From Abditibacteriaceae bacterium (lineage in GTDB: Bacteria > Armatimonadota > Abditibacteriia > Abditibacteriales > Abditibacteriaceae), in the NCBI GenBank assembly GCA_965277285.1, contig OZ255721.1:96001-160000 (forward strand): a stretch of DNA of 64,000 nucleotides, written 5' to 3'. Under the pieces are notes generated by a model. That model was not told where the DNA came from. It saw only the letters and a program-made list of their open reading frames with translations, and ran no database searches. The translations under genes were made by a program, and so were the position numbers. This document shows positions 50,958 to 60,122 of the stretch, piece by piece; the first letter of the stretch is position 1, and each line of letters opens with the position of its first letter.

Positions 50958-51158
50958 TTAGCCCCAGACTGTGGGCATGCGGTCGAAGCCGAACGGCGCG
51001 CGAACATTGTCCATGACGCGCAACCATTCGCCTGGTGTCAGGCGCTTTGTAGATTTGGTCGGGGAAGAAACAGTGCAAGTTTGGGTTTCGAGTACTCGAT
51101 TGTCGGTGGCAGGCGCGACAGACGGCGTTTGAGAATGTGTCGTGTTCGAGTTCGTCAT
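50958..51158 (-). CDS. Small hypothetical protein ahead of the ABC operon
   Basis: AAGGAG RBS 7 nt before the ATG. Confidence 0.5.
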   Translation of the reverse strand: MTNSNTTHSQTPSVAPATDNRVLETQTCTVSSPTKSTKRLTPGEWLRVMDNVRAPFGFDRMPTVWG

Positions 51159-51433
51159 CGGGCATCTCCTTGAGGTTTGTCAGGTTCCACAACGCAGGGC
51201 GCGTTTGTAACGCGGATGCGTTCAGCAGGCAGGTCGGTTGAGACAAGAAATGTCGTCAACAACATCGCTGCATGGAACAGGGACAAAGAAGAAACCGATG
51301 GAAATAGCGCATGATCTTAATCTACCTCGCGGGTAGGGTTGGAGTAATTGTAGAAAATCGCGCGCCAAAGGTCAAGAGTGCAAAAGGAAATATTCTCAAC
51401 TTGCGCTACGTTCCAGTGTGCGATAATCAAAAA

Positions 51434-51817
51434 ATGCAAACGAACTTGAAGGCGCTTGTCTTTGTGGATTGCTACGCGTTGAGCAATGACTTGCCATCGA
51501 AAGACCATTGGCGTCTCTTAACTGAGGCGTATGAGGCGATTAATTCCGCCGATGAACGAAGTGCTGTGGTGGCTGGCGGCCCCGGTAAATGGGAAATTAC
51601 GTTTCATAAACTGCTCTCGACCGATGCGCTCGATATAAAGCCTACGTTCGTCAAGGACTTCAGGCCCGAATATGAATCGTGCGAAATTTATAGCTTGAAA
51701 AGCACGCAGGTGATGGATAGACAAATCAGAATCGAAATCGCGTCAGATTACATCAACGGGCATTTTCTTTGTGAATCGGTGCAAGTGAAGCCTCTTGAGG
51801 AAACGATAAACCGCTGA
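51434..51817 (+). CDS. Hypothetical protein
   Basis: Open frame of 127 aa; start uncertain. Confidence 0.5.
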   Translation: MQTNLKALVFVDCYALSNDLPSKDHWRLLTEAYEAINSADERSAVVAGGPGKWEITFHKLLSTDALDIKPTFVKDFRPEYESCEIYSLKSTQVMDRQIRIEIASDYINGHFLCESVQVKPLEETINR

Positions 51818-51859
51818 TAAGTTCGCCGGAATGCCCGTTCAGCGGTAAAATGGCAGCTA

Positions 51860-53338
51860 ATGTTTTCACGTTTGCCGATACCTTCGTTTCGCCTGGCGAT
51901 TTATTTTGGCGCTATCTCCGTTTTGTGGATCGCGGCGGCTTTTATCCGCGAATTTCTCGTCATCGCCGCGTTGTGCGATGTGTTGCTCATTTTTGTGGCG
52001 CTGCTCGATTTGTTGGTGGCGTCGTCGCCCAACGACTTTGAGGTCGAGCGAAACGTGTCCGACAAGATGAACTTGGGCGCTGCCAATCCGGTGATTTTGT
52101 CGGTTCACAGCCGCGCGCGACGACCGCTTTCGCTCTGGGTGCGCGATGAACCGCCTGCTTCGTGGCCGGTGCATTCTCCGTCGAACAATGCGGTTTTCGC
52201 GGCGGAAACGTCGTCCAAATCGCTGGTGGCACCGCCTGTCGCGCGCTTGCTTTTGGAAACCGAACCTGGCAAAACGACGCGCGGCGAGTACTCGATTACA
52301 CCGACGCGGCGCGGCGAATGGACGTGGGGCAACCTCTCGTTTCGCTATCAGTCGCCGCTGGGTTTGTGGCATCGTCAAGGCAAAGTTGCGCCTGTCAAAG
52401 GAGAAGAAACGCGCGTGCGAGTTTTTCCCGACACGAGCGAAGTGCATCGTTATGAGTTGCGCTTGCGCGAAGGCCGTTTGCGCGACATCGGCTTGCATTT
52501 GCAACGTTTGCGCGGCAAAGGCAGCGAGTTTGAAAGCCTGCGCGAATACGCAACGGGCGACGATTACAAGGACATCAACTGGAAGGCGAGCGCGCGCAGG
52601 GGCAAGTTGATTTCGACCAATTACGACATCGAGCGCGACCAAACCGTGATTGTCGCCATTGATTGCGGTCGCATGATGACTTCGATGGCCGTCACGCGAA
52701 CGGCGCGCGCGGGGCAGCGCGATTTGAACCAGGTCGAGTACTCGAATGTCGCGGTCGAAGAACTTGTGACACCGCTTTCCAAACTCGATTGCGCGATTAA
52801 CGCGGCGGTTTTGCTGGCGCACGTTTCGGCTTCGATGGGCGATGCGGTCGGCGTTTTGTTGTTCGCCGATACGGTTTTAGGTTTCGTGCCGCCGCGCAAA
52901 GGCCGCTTGCAAACCGGCAAAATCATCGACGCGATGTATGCGGTGCAGCCGCGTCTGGTCGAGCCGGATTACATCGGCGCTTACAATTATCTGCTGGCGC
53001 GCAAAGTACGGCGTTCGTTGGTTGTGACTTTCACCGATTTGATTGATGCCGAAGCCTCGCGCGAATTGTTGCAGGCGAGCGGCGCGTTGCGGCGGCATCA
53101 TAACGCCTTGTGCGTGACGATCAACAACCGCGACGTGACCGACATGGCGCAGATTCTTCCGCAAAACAGCGATGAATTGTATTCCAAGGCGATGGCGCAA
53201 CGAATGCTGAACGGTCGCCTCAACGCGCTGGAAAATCTGCGTCGCCAGGGTGTTGGAGTACTCGACACCGAAGCCAGAGCGCTAACGATTGCGACGGTGA
53301 ATCGTTATTTAGATTTGAAAGCGCGCGGCGCGTTGTAG
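51860..53338 (+). CDS. DUF58 family protein (MoxR-associated, vWA-like)
   Basis: PTRRG, GSEFESLREYATGDDYKDINWKASARR, DCGRMM, FTD. Confidence 0.9.
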   Translation: MFSRLPIPSFRLAIYFGAISVLWIAAAFIREFLVIAALCDVLLIFVALLDLLVASSPNDFEVERNVSDKMNLGAANPVILSVHSRARRPLSLWVRDEPPASWPVHSPSNNAVFAAETSSKSLVAPPVARLLLETEPGKTTRGEYSITPTRRGEWTWGNLSFRYQSPLGLWHRQGKVAPVKGEETRVRVFPDTSEVHRYELRLREGRLRDIGLHLQRLRGKGSEFESLREYATGDDYKDINWKASARRGKLISTNYDIERDQTVIVAIDCGRMMTSMAVTRTARAGQRDLNQVEYSNVAVEELVTPLSKLDCAINAAVLLAHVSASMGDAVGVLLFADTVLGFVPPRKGRLQTGKIIDAMYAVQPRLVEPDYIGAYNYLLARKVRRSLVVTFTDLIDAEASRELLQASGALRRHHNALCVTINNRDVTDMAQILPQNSDELYSKAMAQRMLNGRLNALENLRRQGVGVLDTEARALTIATVNRYLDLKARGAL

Positions 53339-53541
53339 AAGGATTTTAAATAGAAGTGAGTAAGAATACTATTGTATAAGTGGTGCCGATTCGATATAAT
53401 TGAGTTCAGTGAAATCGTAAAGGGGGATCGCATGAGTGGATTTATATAGCGAGATTTGATAAGTACGCTGCCTGTTTTTGTCGAAAAAACTGCAAAGATT
53501 AGTAATTGAAAGTAAAGATTAATAATAAGGTAACCCACAAA

Positions 53542-53733
53542 ATGAAAAAATTCAGACTTAATTCAGAGAATAGTATTCTTAGCATTCCAGTTAGCATTGA
53601 AACGATGACGCGTTTTGAAGTTCTATTTGTTCGTAAAGCTCCGACTCCACGACAGCAGAAGCAATATAAAACGGTGACGAGCTTAATGCGTTATGCGTAT
53701 GAAGCAGGAAGGAGAGACAGTTTGAAAAATTAA
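53542..53733 (+). CDS. Small hypothetical protein in an AT-rich segment
   Basis: Short ORF only. Confidence 0.3.
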   Translation: MKKFRLNSENSILSIPVSIETMTRFEVLFVRKAPTPRQQKQYKTVTSLMRYAYEAGRRDSLKN

Positions 53734-53865
53734 AACCTCGAACATAATAAAAGCGCGGCTTCTTCATTGCAGTCGCGCTTTATTATTGTCAATCGAGTAC
53801 TCGATAGTGATATTCGCGGCACCGATTTTCCTCTGCAAGGGGCGGCACGGAAAAGGAGAAATGGA

Positions 53866-55674
53866 ATGTCACAGAAAAAGAGGTATGCGTTGTTGGGGTT
53901 GGGAAGCGTGGCTTTGGCGGCCACTGTGGTGCGGGCGCAGCAGCCTTCGGTTGAGTTTCCGCGCGGTTCGAGCGTTAGCAATGTCATCGAAGTGAAGCAG
54001 ATGGAGCCGACCGCCGACCGCATCAATGCGCTGAAGTTGCCGCCCGGCTTTCACATCGCCAAGTTCGCCGAACTGCAAAACCCGCGCATGATCGCGGTCG
54101 CCGACGACGGCACGGTTTACGTTTCACAGCGCGAATCGGGCACGCTCGTCATGTTGAAAGACACCAATGGCGACGGGCGCGCCGACGTGCAGAAAGTCGT
54201 CGCAACGCGCTATATGCTGCACGGACTGGCCTTGCGCGGCGATTATTTGTATTTCATCACGATTCGTGAATTGTACCGCGCGCGCCGCAAACCCGACGGA
54301 ACACTGGAAAAACCGCAATTATTGATCAGCGATTTGCCGGACGCCGGGCAGCATCCCAACCGCGTCATCAACTTTGGGCCGGACGGCAAATTGTATATTT
54401 CGGTCGGCTCGACGGCCAACGATACGAAAGAGCCGAATCCTGAAAACGCCACGATTTTGGTCGCGGACGCGGACGGCAAGCATCGCAAAATCTTCGCCTC
54501 CGGCTTGCGCAACACCATTGGCTTCGGATGGAGTCCGGTTTCCCGACGAATGTATGGTTGGGACATGGGAATTGATACGCTGGGCGACAACGAACAGCGC
54601 GAAGAGTTCAACGAAATCAAGATGGGCAACCGTTACGGCTGGCCGTATATTTATGAAAACGGCAAGCACGTTTCGCATCCCGTTCCGCCGCCCGCCTACA
54701 CTTTCGAGGATTGGCGCCGCATGAGTACCGATCCTGTCTTGATGTATACGGCGCACGCGTCCGGCATTCAAATGGCGTTTTACAAAGGCCATCAATTCCC
54801 CGCGCAATATCGCAACGATGCCTTTATCGCGTTGCGCGGCTCGTGGAACCGCAACCCGCCCAGTGGTTATCAAATCGCGCGCATTCACTTCAATGCCCAA
54901 GGAACGCCAGTTTCGATTCAGCCTTTTGTGACGGGCTTTCTGTTTAAATCGTCCGTTTCGCCCAACGGCTGGGGACATATCGCGCGCCTGGCCGGAGTTG
55001 CCGTCGCCAAAGACGGCGCGCTTTTGGTGAGCGATGACACCAACAACATCGTTTATCGCATTTCCTATGGCGCGCAAAACGCGAAGCGCCAGATGACAAC
55101 CGCGATGGATGCGCGCAAAATCACCAGCCAACTGCCCGAAACTGCCAACGCGCGCAACACGATTGTGGTGCGTTCGGCGGACTTTGCGCCCAATGGCCTG
55201 ATTCCGTTTCGCAACACGGCTTATGGCCCGGACATTTCGCCCGAACTGCATTGGAGCGGCGTGCCTTCTGGTGCGAAATCGTTAGTTTTGATGATGGAAG
55301 ACCCGAACAGTATCAATCCCAAGCCGTTTGTGCATTGGCTGATGGCGAACATTCCCATATCGAGTACTGGATTACGCGCCGGTTTGCCCGAAGGCGACCG
55401 TATTCGCATTATGAGCGCAGCGAGCGCAAGGCAAGAATCGCACATCATGGACCTGGTGACCGCAATGCAAGGCGCAGCGACGACGAGCAAAATCGGTTAC
55501 TTCGGGCCGAAACCGCCCGCCGACAGCAAAGTGCATCACTATCATTTTCAGCTCTTCGCGCTCGATACGCGCTTGACTTTGCCGTCGGGATTCAATCGGC
55601 AGGCGCTGATTGATGCGATGCGCGGCCACGTTCTGGCCAAAGGCGAAGTCATCGGCCAGGTGAAGCGCAGCTAA
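53866..55674 (+). CDS. Secreted sorbosone/PQQ-type sugar dehydrogenase beta-propeller fused to a C-terminal YbhB/YbcL (PEBP) domain
   Basis: FGPDGKLYISVGS, SGLRNTIG, YGWPY, RGSWNR; then SPELHWSGVP, MEDP, FVHW, YFGPKPP, HHYHFQLFALD. Confidence 0.85.
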   Translation: MSQKKRYALLGLGSVALAATVVRAQQPSVEFPRGSSVSNVIEVKQMEPTADRINALKLPPGFHIAKFAELQNPRMIAVADDGTVYVSQRESGTLVMLKDTNGDGRADVQKVVATRYMLHGLALRGDYLYFITIRELYRARRKPDGTLEKPQLLISDLPDAGQHPNRVINFGPDGKLYISVGSTANDTKEPNPENATILVADADGKHRKIFASGLRNTIGFGWSPVSRRMYGWDMGIDTLGDNEQREEFNEIKMGNRYGWPYIYENGKHVSHPVPPPAYTFEDWRRMSTDPVLMYTAHASGIQMAFYKGHQFPAQYRNDAFIALRGSWNRNPPSGYQIARIHFNAQGTPVSIQPFVTGFLFKSSVSPNGWGHIARLAGVAVAKDGALLVSDDTNNIVYRISYGAQNAKRQMTTAMDARKITSQLPETANARNTIVVRSADFAPNGLIPFRNTAYGPDISPELHWSGVPSGAKSLVLMMEDPNSINPKPFVHWLMANIPISSTGLRAGLPEGDRIRIMSAASARQESHIMDLVTAMQGAATTSKIGYFGPKPPADSKVHHYHFQLFALDTRLTLPSGFNRQALIDAMRGHVLAKGEVIGQVKRS

Positions 55675-55765
55675 AAACTGAATCACGAAGTTGTTTTGAA
55701 ACTGGCGATTTGGGGTATAAATGGGAACAGGGAACGAAAGTTTTCTGTTCCCATTTGGTGCGCTT

Positions 55766-56569
55766 ATGACGGTAAATTTCTCCCACTTTCCCCAATCGAG
55801 TACTCGAAAGCGGCGCGACTTTCGTGGTTTCACGTTGATCGAGTTGCTGGTTGTGATTGCGATTATCGCGGTGCTGGCGGCGTTTTTGCTGCCCGCTTTC
55901 GCCCGCGCGCGTGAAGGCGCACGTCGCACCAGTTGTTCATCCAATCTCAAGCAAATCGGTTTGGGACTGACGCAATATCTGCAAGAATATGACGACACGA
56001 TGCCCGCTTCGGCGTATGGCGGCGTCGCCTGCGCCACCAACAATTCGACGTGCTACAAATGGATGGACGCGATGTTTCCCTATGTTAAAAGCGAAGCGCT
56101 TTTCTCCTGCCCGAGCGACAGCAATGGAAAATACACTTACAACAAAAACTTGAAGGACGGCCAATCGAGCACGGATTATGGCTCTTATGGACAAAACGGC
56201 GCTTACAAAAACGCGGGCGATAATCAGACGCCGCCGCGTTCTTCGACTTACGTCGTGAAAATGGCGTCCATCATCGTGCCTTCGCAAACCGTGTGGGCGA
56301 CCGACACCAACAACCGCGAAGACGCCAATGGTTCCTATGGTTTCACCTGGCCAGACGCTTCCACGAACCCTTCGATTACGATGGTCGATGGCCGCCGTGA
56401 GTTGGACAAAATCGTCGAACGACACTTGGAAACGACTAACGTTTTGTGGTGCGATGGCCACGTCAAAGCGATGCGCTTGAGCGATCTGGCGAAAACCAAA
56501 CCCGTTTATTGCAGCCCGACTTTGGGAACACAGCCTGTAATGACTGCGTTCACCATTGAAGACGATTGA
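55766..56569 (+). CDS. DUF1559 prepilin-type N-terminal cleavage/methylation protein with H-X9-DG motif
   Basis: [38 protein letters not shown]...[10 protein letters not shown]. Confidence 0.92.
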   Translation: MTVNFSHFPQSSTRKRRDFRGFTLIELLVVIAIIAVLAAFLLPAFARAREGARRTSCSSNLKQIGLGLTQYLQEYDDTMPASAYGGVACATNNSTCYKWMDAMFPYVKSEALFSCPSDSNGKYTYNKNLKDGQSSTDYGSYGQNGAYKNAGDNQTPPRSSTYVVKMASIIVPSQTVWATDTNNREDANGSYGFTWPDASTNPSITMVDGRRELDKIVERHLETTNVLWCDGHVKAMRLSDLAKTKPVYCSPTLGTQPVMTAFTIEDD

Positions 56570-56834
56570 ATGTTGTAGGGACGTCAGTTTGCTGCACCCG
56601 TCATTTGTGGGAAAGACTGGGCGCAGCAAGCTGACGCCCCTACGAAGATATAACAAAGGCGCGGCTTCAATGAAGAAGCCGCGCCTTTGTCGTCAATATC
56701 GAGTACTCGATGTTCGTGAGAGTTTGTCATCCTGAGCGCAGCGAAGAATCTAATTGCAGCCAATTTTTCGCTGCGCTCAGGATGACAAACTCCGATGCTT
56801 ATGAAAAAGGAAGATTTTGTGGCTTTGGTGCAGA

Positions 56835-58937
56835 TTAGCGCGGAATGTATTCTTTTCTGTTGGCGCGCCCGATGACGAACATCAGCGCGCCATGTGGCGG
56901 CACATTCGCCGAAAATCCGTTTTTCGCCACGCCCAAATCTTTCTGTCGCCAGACATCGCGTACTGGTTGCGTGCCTTGCAGACCAAGGTCTTTCCACTGT
57001 GCGGCAATGGTCGCTTTGTTCACGCCGCGATTGATGAAGGCGACGGCGCGCGTGCCGTTCCACAAAGGCCGCGACCACACTTCGGTGAAACCTTTTTTGC
57101 TCACAACCGAAGCGCCGATTCCCAGCGGATCCTGATCGATGGCGATCATTTCGTCGTTGCTCAAAGCGTCTAACGTGAAGCGCGGCAGTTTGGACAAATC
57201 GCTGCCAATGAGCAACGGCGCCGCCAGCATGCTCCAAATCGTCAAATGCGTGATTTGCTCATTCGGCTTCAAGGCGTGCAGAAACAGCATATCGGGATCG
57301 TTCCAATGTCCTGGCCCGCCGTAGGGCGCAAGGCGCGGCTGCTGCGTTCCAATGTTGATTATGCTGCCGTAACTGGCGCCGATGTCGTCGGTTGTGCGCC
57401 ACAAATTGCCTTTCACGTCGGCGCTGTCGCCCCACTTCCAAACGTCGTTATTGCCATACTGACACAGGCTGTAAACGATGTCGCGGCTGCCCATATCGAG
57501 CGCCTGGCGCATCACGCGATAAGGGCTTTTCGCGCGTTCCACGCCTTCTCCCGTTGCGATGCCGCCGTAAGAACACCAATCGTACTTGAGATAATCGACG
57601 CCCCACGCGCAATACGACCGCACGTCCTGTGCCTCGTGCTGCCACGATCCGGTGTGATTGGCGCAGGTTTTGGGGCCGGGCGACGAGTAAATGCCGTATT
57701 TCAAACCTTTGGCGTGAATGTAGTTGCCCAGCGCCTTCATGTCGCCGAACTTGGGATTGACCTGGATGTTGCCCTGCGCATCGCGTTCGCCCTGCCAGCA
57801 ATCGTCGATGTTGATGTATTGAAAACCGTGACGATCCAGTCCGGTTTTGCTCATCCAATCGGCGGCGCTGCGCACTTTGGCTTCATCGACATCGCACCAG
57901 AAAATGTTCCACGAGTTCCATCCCAGCGGCGGCGTTCGAGACAATTGGTGAACGCCCGCCACAATCGCCAGGTCGCGCCATGCCACACCTTTGGCGCCTT
58001 TCACTTCGAGTTTGACAATCGTCGTGCCGACTTTTTGCAGCGCGCCACTGATGATTCCAGTACTCGAATTAAGCGTCAGACCAGCGGGAAGATTACGAGC
58101 GCTGTAAAGCAGCGGCGTCTGGCCAGTGGCCGCAATACGAAACAAAAATGGGCGGTTCGGCGTGGCACCCGTGACACGCGGCCCGTTGATGCGCGGCGCC
58201 AATGGCGCAATTGAAGCGGGCGCTATAGCAATCGGCGTTTCGTCAAAAGTCGCTTCAGGAGACTTCATTTCTGGCGCATCGACAGGTTGCGGCTGCGGCG
58301 TAACACCCGCGGGATAAACCAACATCGCGTTCGCCCAATCGGCATGATCGAACGTGTCGCCGTCTTCGGCCTGGTTCACGCGCAAAATTAAACGCTTGAC
58401 GCCGCGCAAATCAACCGAAATCCGTCGTGGTGAGTCGCCACCTTGCATCGGGCCGCTGTTGAAGACCAACTTACCGTCGGCGTAAACCTCGAAACCGACG
58501 CTGCCTTTGCCTGCGGTCTCATCATCCACGCCGACAACCGCCGCGAAACGCGAAGCGCCATTAACCTCAATCGCGTACTGGCTCGTGGCGTGTGTTCCCA
58601 CGCCGTGCGGGTAAACGGTTCCGCCTAACTTCAGCGCCGCACCACCAACAGATTTCGCGGCTTGCGGCCTTTGCCAGCCGCAGCTCATCTTGGAAAGATC
58701 GAGCGAATCCAGCCATACGGCATTCAATTTCGCATTGGTTGCAACCTCGAAGTTGGTGAAGCGCAAATTGCCGCCGCAACCGCAAGTATCCGCCGCAACC
58801 TTGACAGGAATTGGTTTTGGAGCAGAAACCGTTTTTCTCGCGGCGTGCGAAGTCGCCAGGCTCAACGATGCCGTTCCCGCTGCAATTCCAAGCGTCAGGC
58901 AAGCGGCGATGTGCTTTCTGTGTCGAATCAAAATCAT
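56835..58937 (-). CDS. GH27 alpha-galactosidase with NPCBM and Ig-like domains
   Basis: GVGTHA (NPCBM), LPAGLTLNSSTGIISG (Ig), TPPLGWNSWN, IDDCW, YLKYDWC, WRTTDDI, WNDPDML. Confidence 0.92.
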   Translation of the reverse strand: MILIRHRKHIAACLTLGIAAGTASLSLATSHAARKTVSAPKPIPVKVAADTCGCGGNLRFTNFEVATNAKLNAVWLDSLDLSKMSCGWQRPQAAKSVGGAALKLGGTVYPHGVGTHATSQYAIEVNGASRFAAVVGVDDETAGKGSVGFEVYADGKLVFNSGPMQGGDSPRRISVDLRGVKRLILRVNQAEDGDTFDHADWANAMLVYPAGVTPQPQPVDAPEMKSPEATFDETPIAIAPASIAPLAPRINGPRVTGATPNRPFLFRIAATGQTPLLYSARNLPAGLTLNSSTGIISGALQKVGTTIVKLEVKGAKGVAWRDLAIVAGVHQLSRTPPLGWNSWNIFWCDVDEAKVRSAADWMSKTGLDRHGFQYINIDDCWQGERDAQGNIQVNPKFGDMKALGNYIHAKGLKYGIYSSPGPKTCANHTGSWQHEAQDVRSYCAWGVDYLKYDWCSYGGIATGEGVERAKSPYRVMRQALDMGSRDIVYSLCQYGNNDVWKWGDSADVKGNLWRTTDDIGASYGSIINIGTQQPRLAPYGGPGHWNDPDMLFLHALKPNEQITHLTIWSMLAAPLLIGSDLSKLPRFTLDALSNDEMIAIDQDPLGIGASVVSKKGFTEVWSRPLWNGTRAVAFINRGVNKATIAAQWKDLGLQGTQPVRDVWRQKDLGVAKNGFSANVPPHGALMFVIGRANRKEYIPR

Positions 58938-59123
58938 GGTTCGCTCCAAATTAGTGGGTTCGCCGAAAGACGCCGAAAGCTCAGGCGAAATAGATAATCT
59001 CAAAAAGGCAACCACAAGAGTTGCCCCTACGCGGAACTTAATCGTAGGGGCAACCCTTGTGGTTGCCCTTTAGATGTTCTCTTGGAGTTGCTGCTGCGCT
59101 ATCGAGTACTCGATTCGCTTTCT

Positions 59124-59990
59124 TCAGCGATAGGAAGCAAAGACTTTGCTCAATTCCATCTGGCGATGATCGGGATTTGACTTTTCCAGAATCGCGTCCA
59201 TGCGGTCATTCAAGGTCGGCTTTTCTTTCTGGTAAATGATGCCCAGGTGTTCGGTTTGCGTGTCCAGCGCCAAAGTCATTGCTGCGGCTAAATCGGTCGG
59301 ATCGTGCTTGCCTTCGAGCGGCAAAATGTGGGCATCAATTTCGTCGTAGGTTTTGTTGAACATCACGCACGGGCTGAGAATTTGGATGAACGAAAAGCCC
59401 TTGTGACGAATCGCCGCGTTATATAATTCGGTGAGTTGCTTGGGCTTCGACGAATAGCCGCGCGCCACGAAAGAAGCGCCATACGTCAGCAGCATCGCCA
59501 GAGGATTGAGCGGTTCTTCATACTGACCGTGCGGCGAAGTCGTGGTCAATTTGAAGCCGTGCCCCAAACCGTCTTGTGAGCCAGTTGTCGGTGAAGTCTG
59601 GCCTTTGGTCAGTCCGTAAATGAAGTTGTCCATCACGATATAAGTGATGTCGACGTTGCGGCGCGCGGCGTGCGGAATGTGACCTCCGCCAATTGCAAAC
59701 GCATCGCCGTCGCCGCCGACTGCGATAACAGTCAAATCGGGATTGGCGATTTTAACGCCAGTCGCAACTGGCATGGTGCGCCCGTGAACCGTATGAAAAC
59801 CATACGATTTGATGAAAACGGGCAGGCGAGACGAACAACCGATGCCCGACACGATAACAGTTTTGGTCGGGTCGATGTCAAGTTCGGAAAACGAGTTATA
59901 CATCGCGGCGAGCACGGCGAAATCGCCGCAGCCCGGGCACCAAATCGGCTTGGCTTCGGTTTTATATTCTTTGGCTGGCATGAAAGGCAT
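59124..59990 (-). CDS. korB: 2-oxoacid:ferredoxin oxidoreductase beta subunit
   Basis: WCPGCGD, SGIGCSSR, HGR, GGDGD, YGLTKGQTSPT. Confidence 0.93.
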   Translation of the reverse strand: MPFMPAKEYKTEAKPIWCPGCGDFAVLAAMYNSFSELDIDPTKTVIVSGIGCSSRLPVFIKSYGFHTVHGRTMPVATGVKIANPDLTVIAVGGDGDAFAIGGGHIPHAARRNVDITYIVMDNFIYGLTKGQTSPTTGSQDGLGHGFKLTTTSPHGQYEEPLNPLAMLLTYGASFVARGYSSKPKQLTELYNAAIRHKGFSFIQILSPCVMFNKTYDEIDAHILPLEGKHDPTDLAAAMTLALDTQTEHLGIIYQKEKPTLNDRMDAILEKSNPDHRQMELSKVFASYR

Positions 59991-60010
59991 GGGAAGCTCC
60001 GCTTTTTGAA

Positions 60011-60119
60011 AGGATGAGAGATGAAGGATAAGGATGAAGAAAAAGCAGCGGACTTGAACGATACCGTTCCTGATTCCAGTACTCGATTCTTCATCCCTCA
60101 TCTTTCATAATTCATCCTT
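60011..60119. repeat. Heptamer (AGGATGA/TCATCCT) inverted arrays between korA and korB
   Basis: AGGATGAGAGATGAAGGATAAGGATGAA ... TTCATCCCTCATCTTTCATAATTCATCCTT; a palindrome variant lies between them at 60075. Confidence 0.75.
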
Positions 60120-60122
60120 GTG

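Noticed and set aside
51160..51300. SAM riboswitch upstream of the sulfur-type ABC transporter
   Set aside because: I found no SAM-I core (ATC.AGAG...GCAACC...GTGC) on the minus strand.
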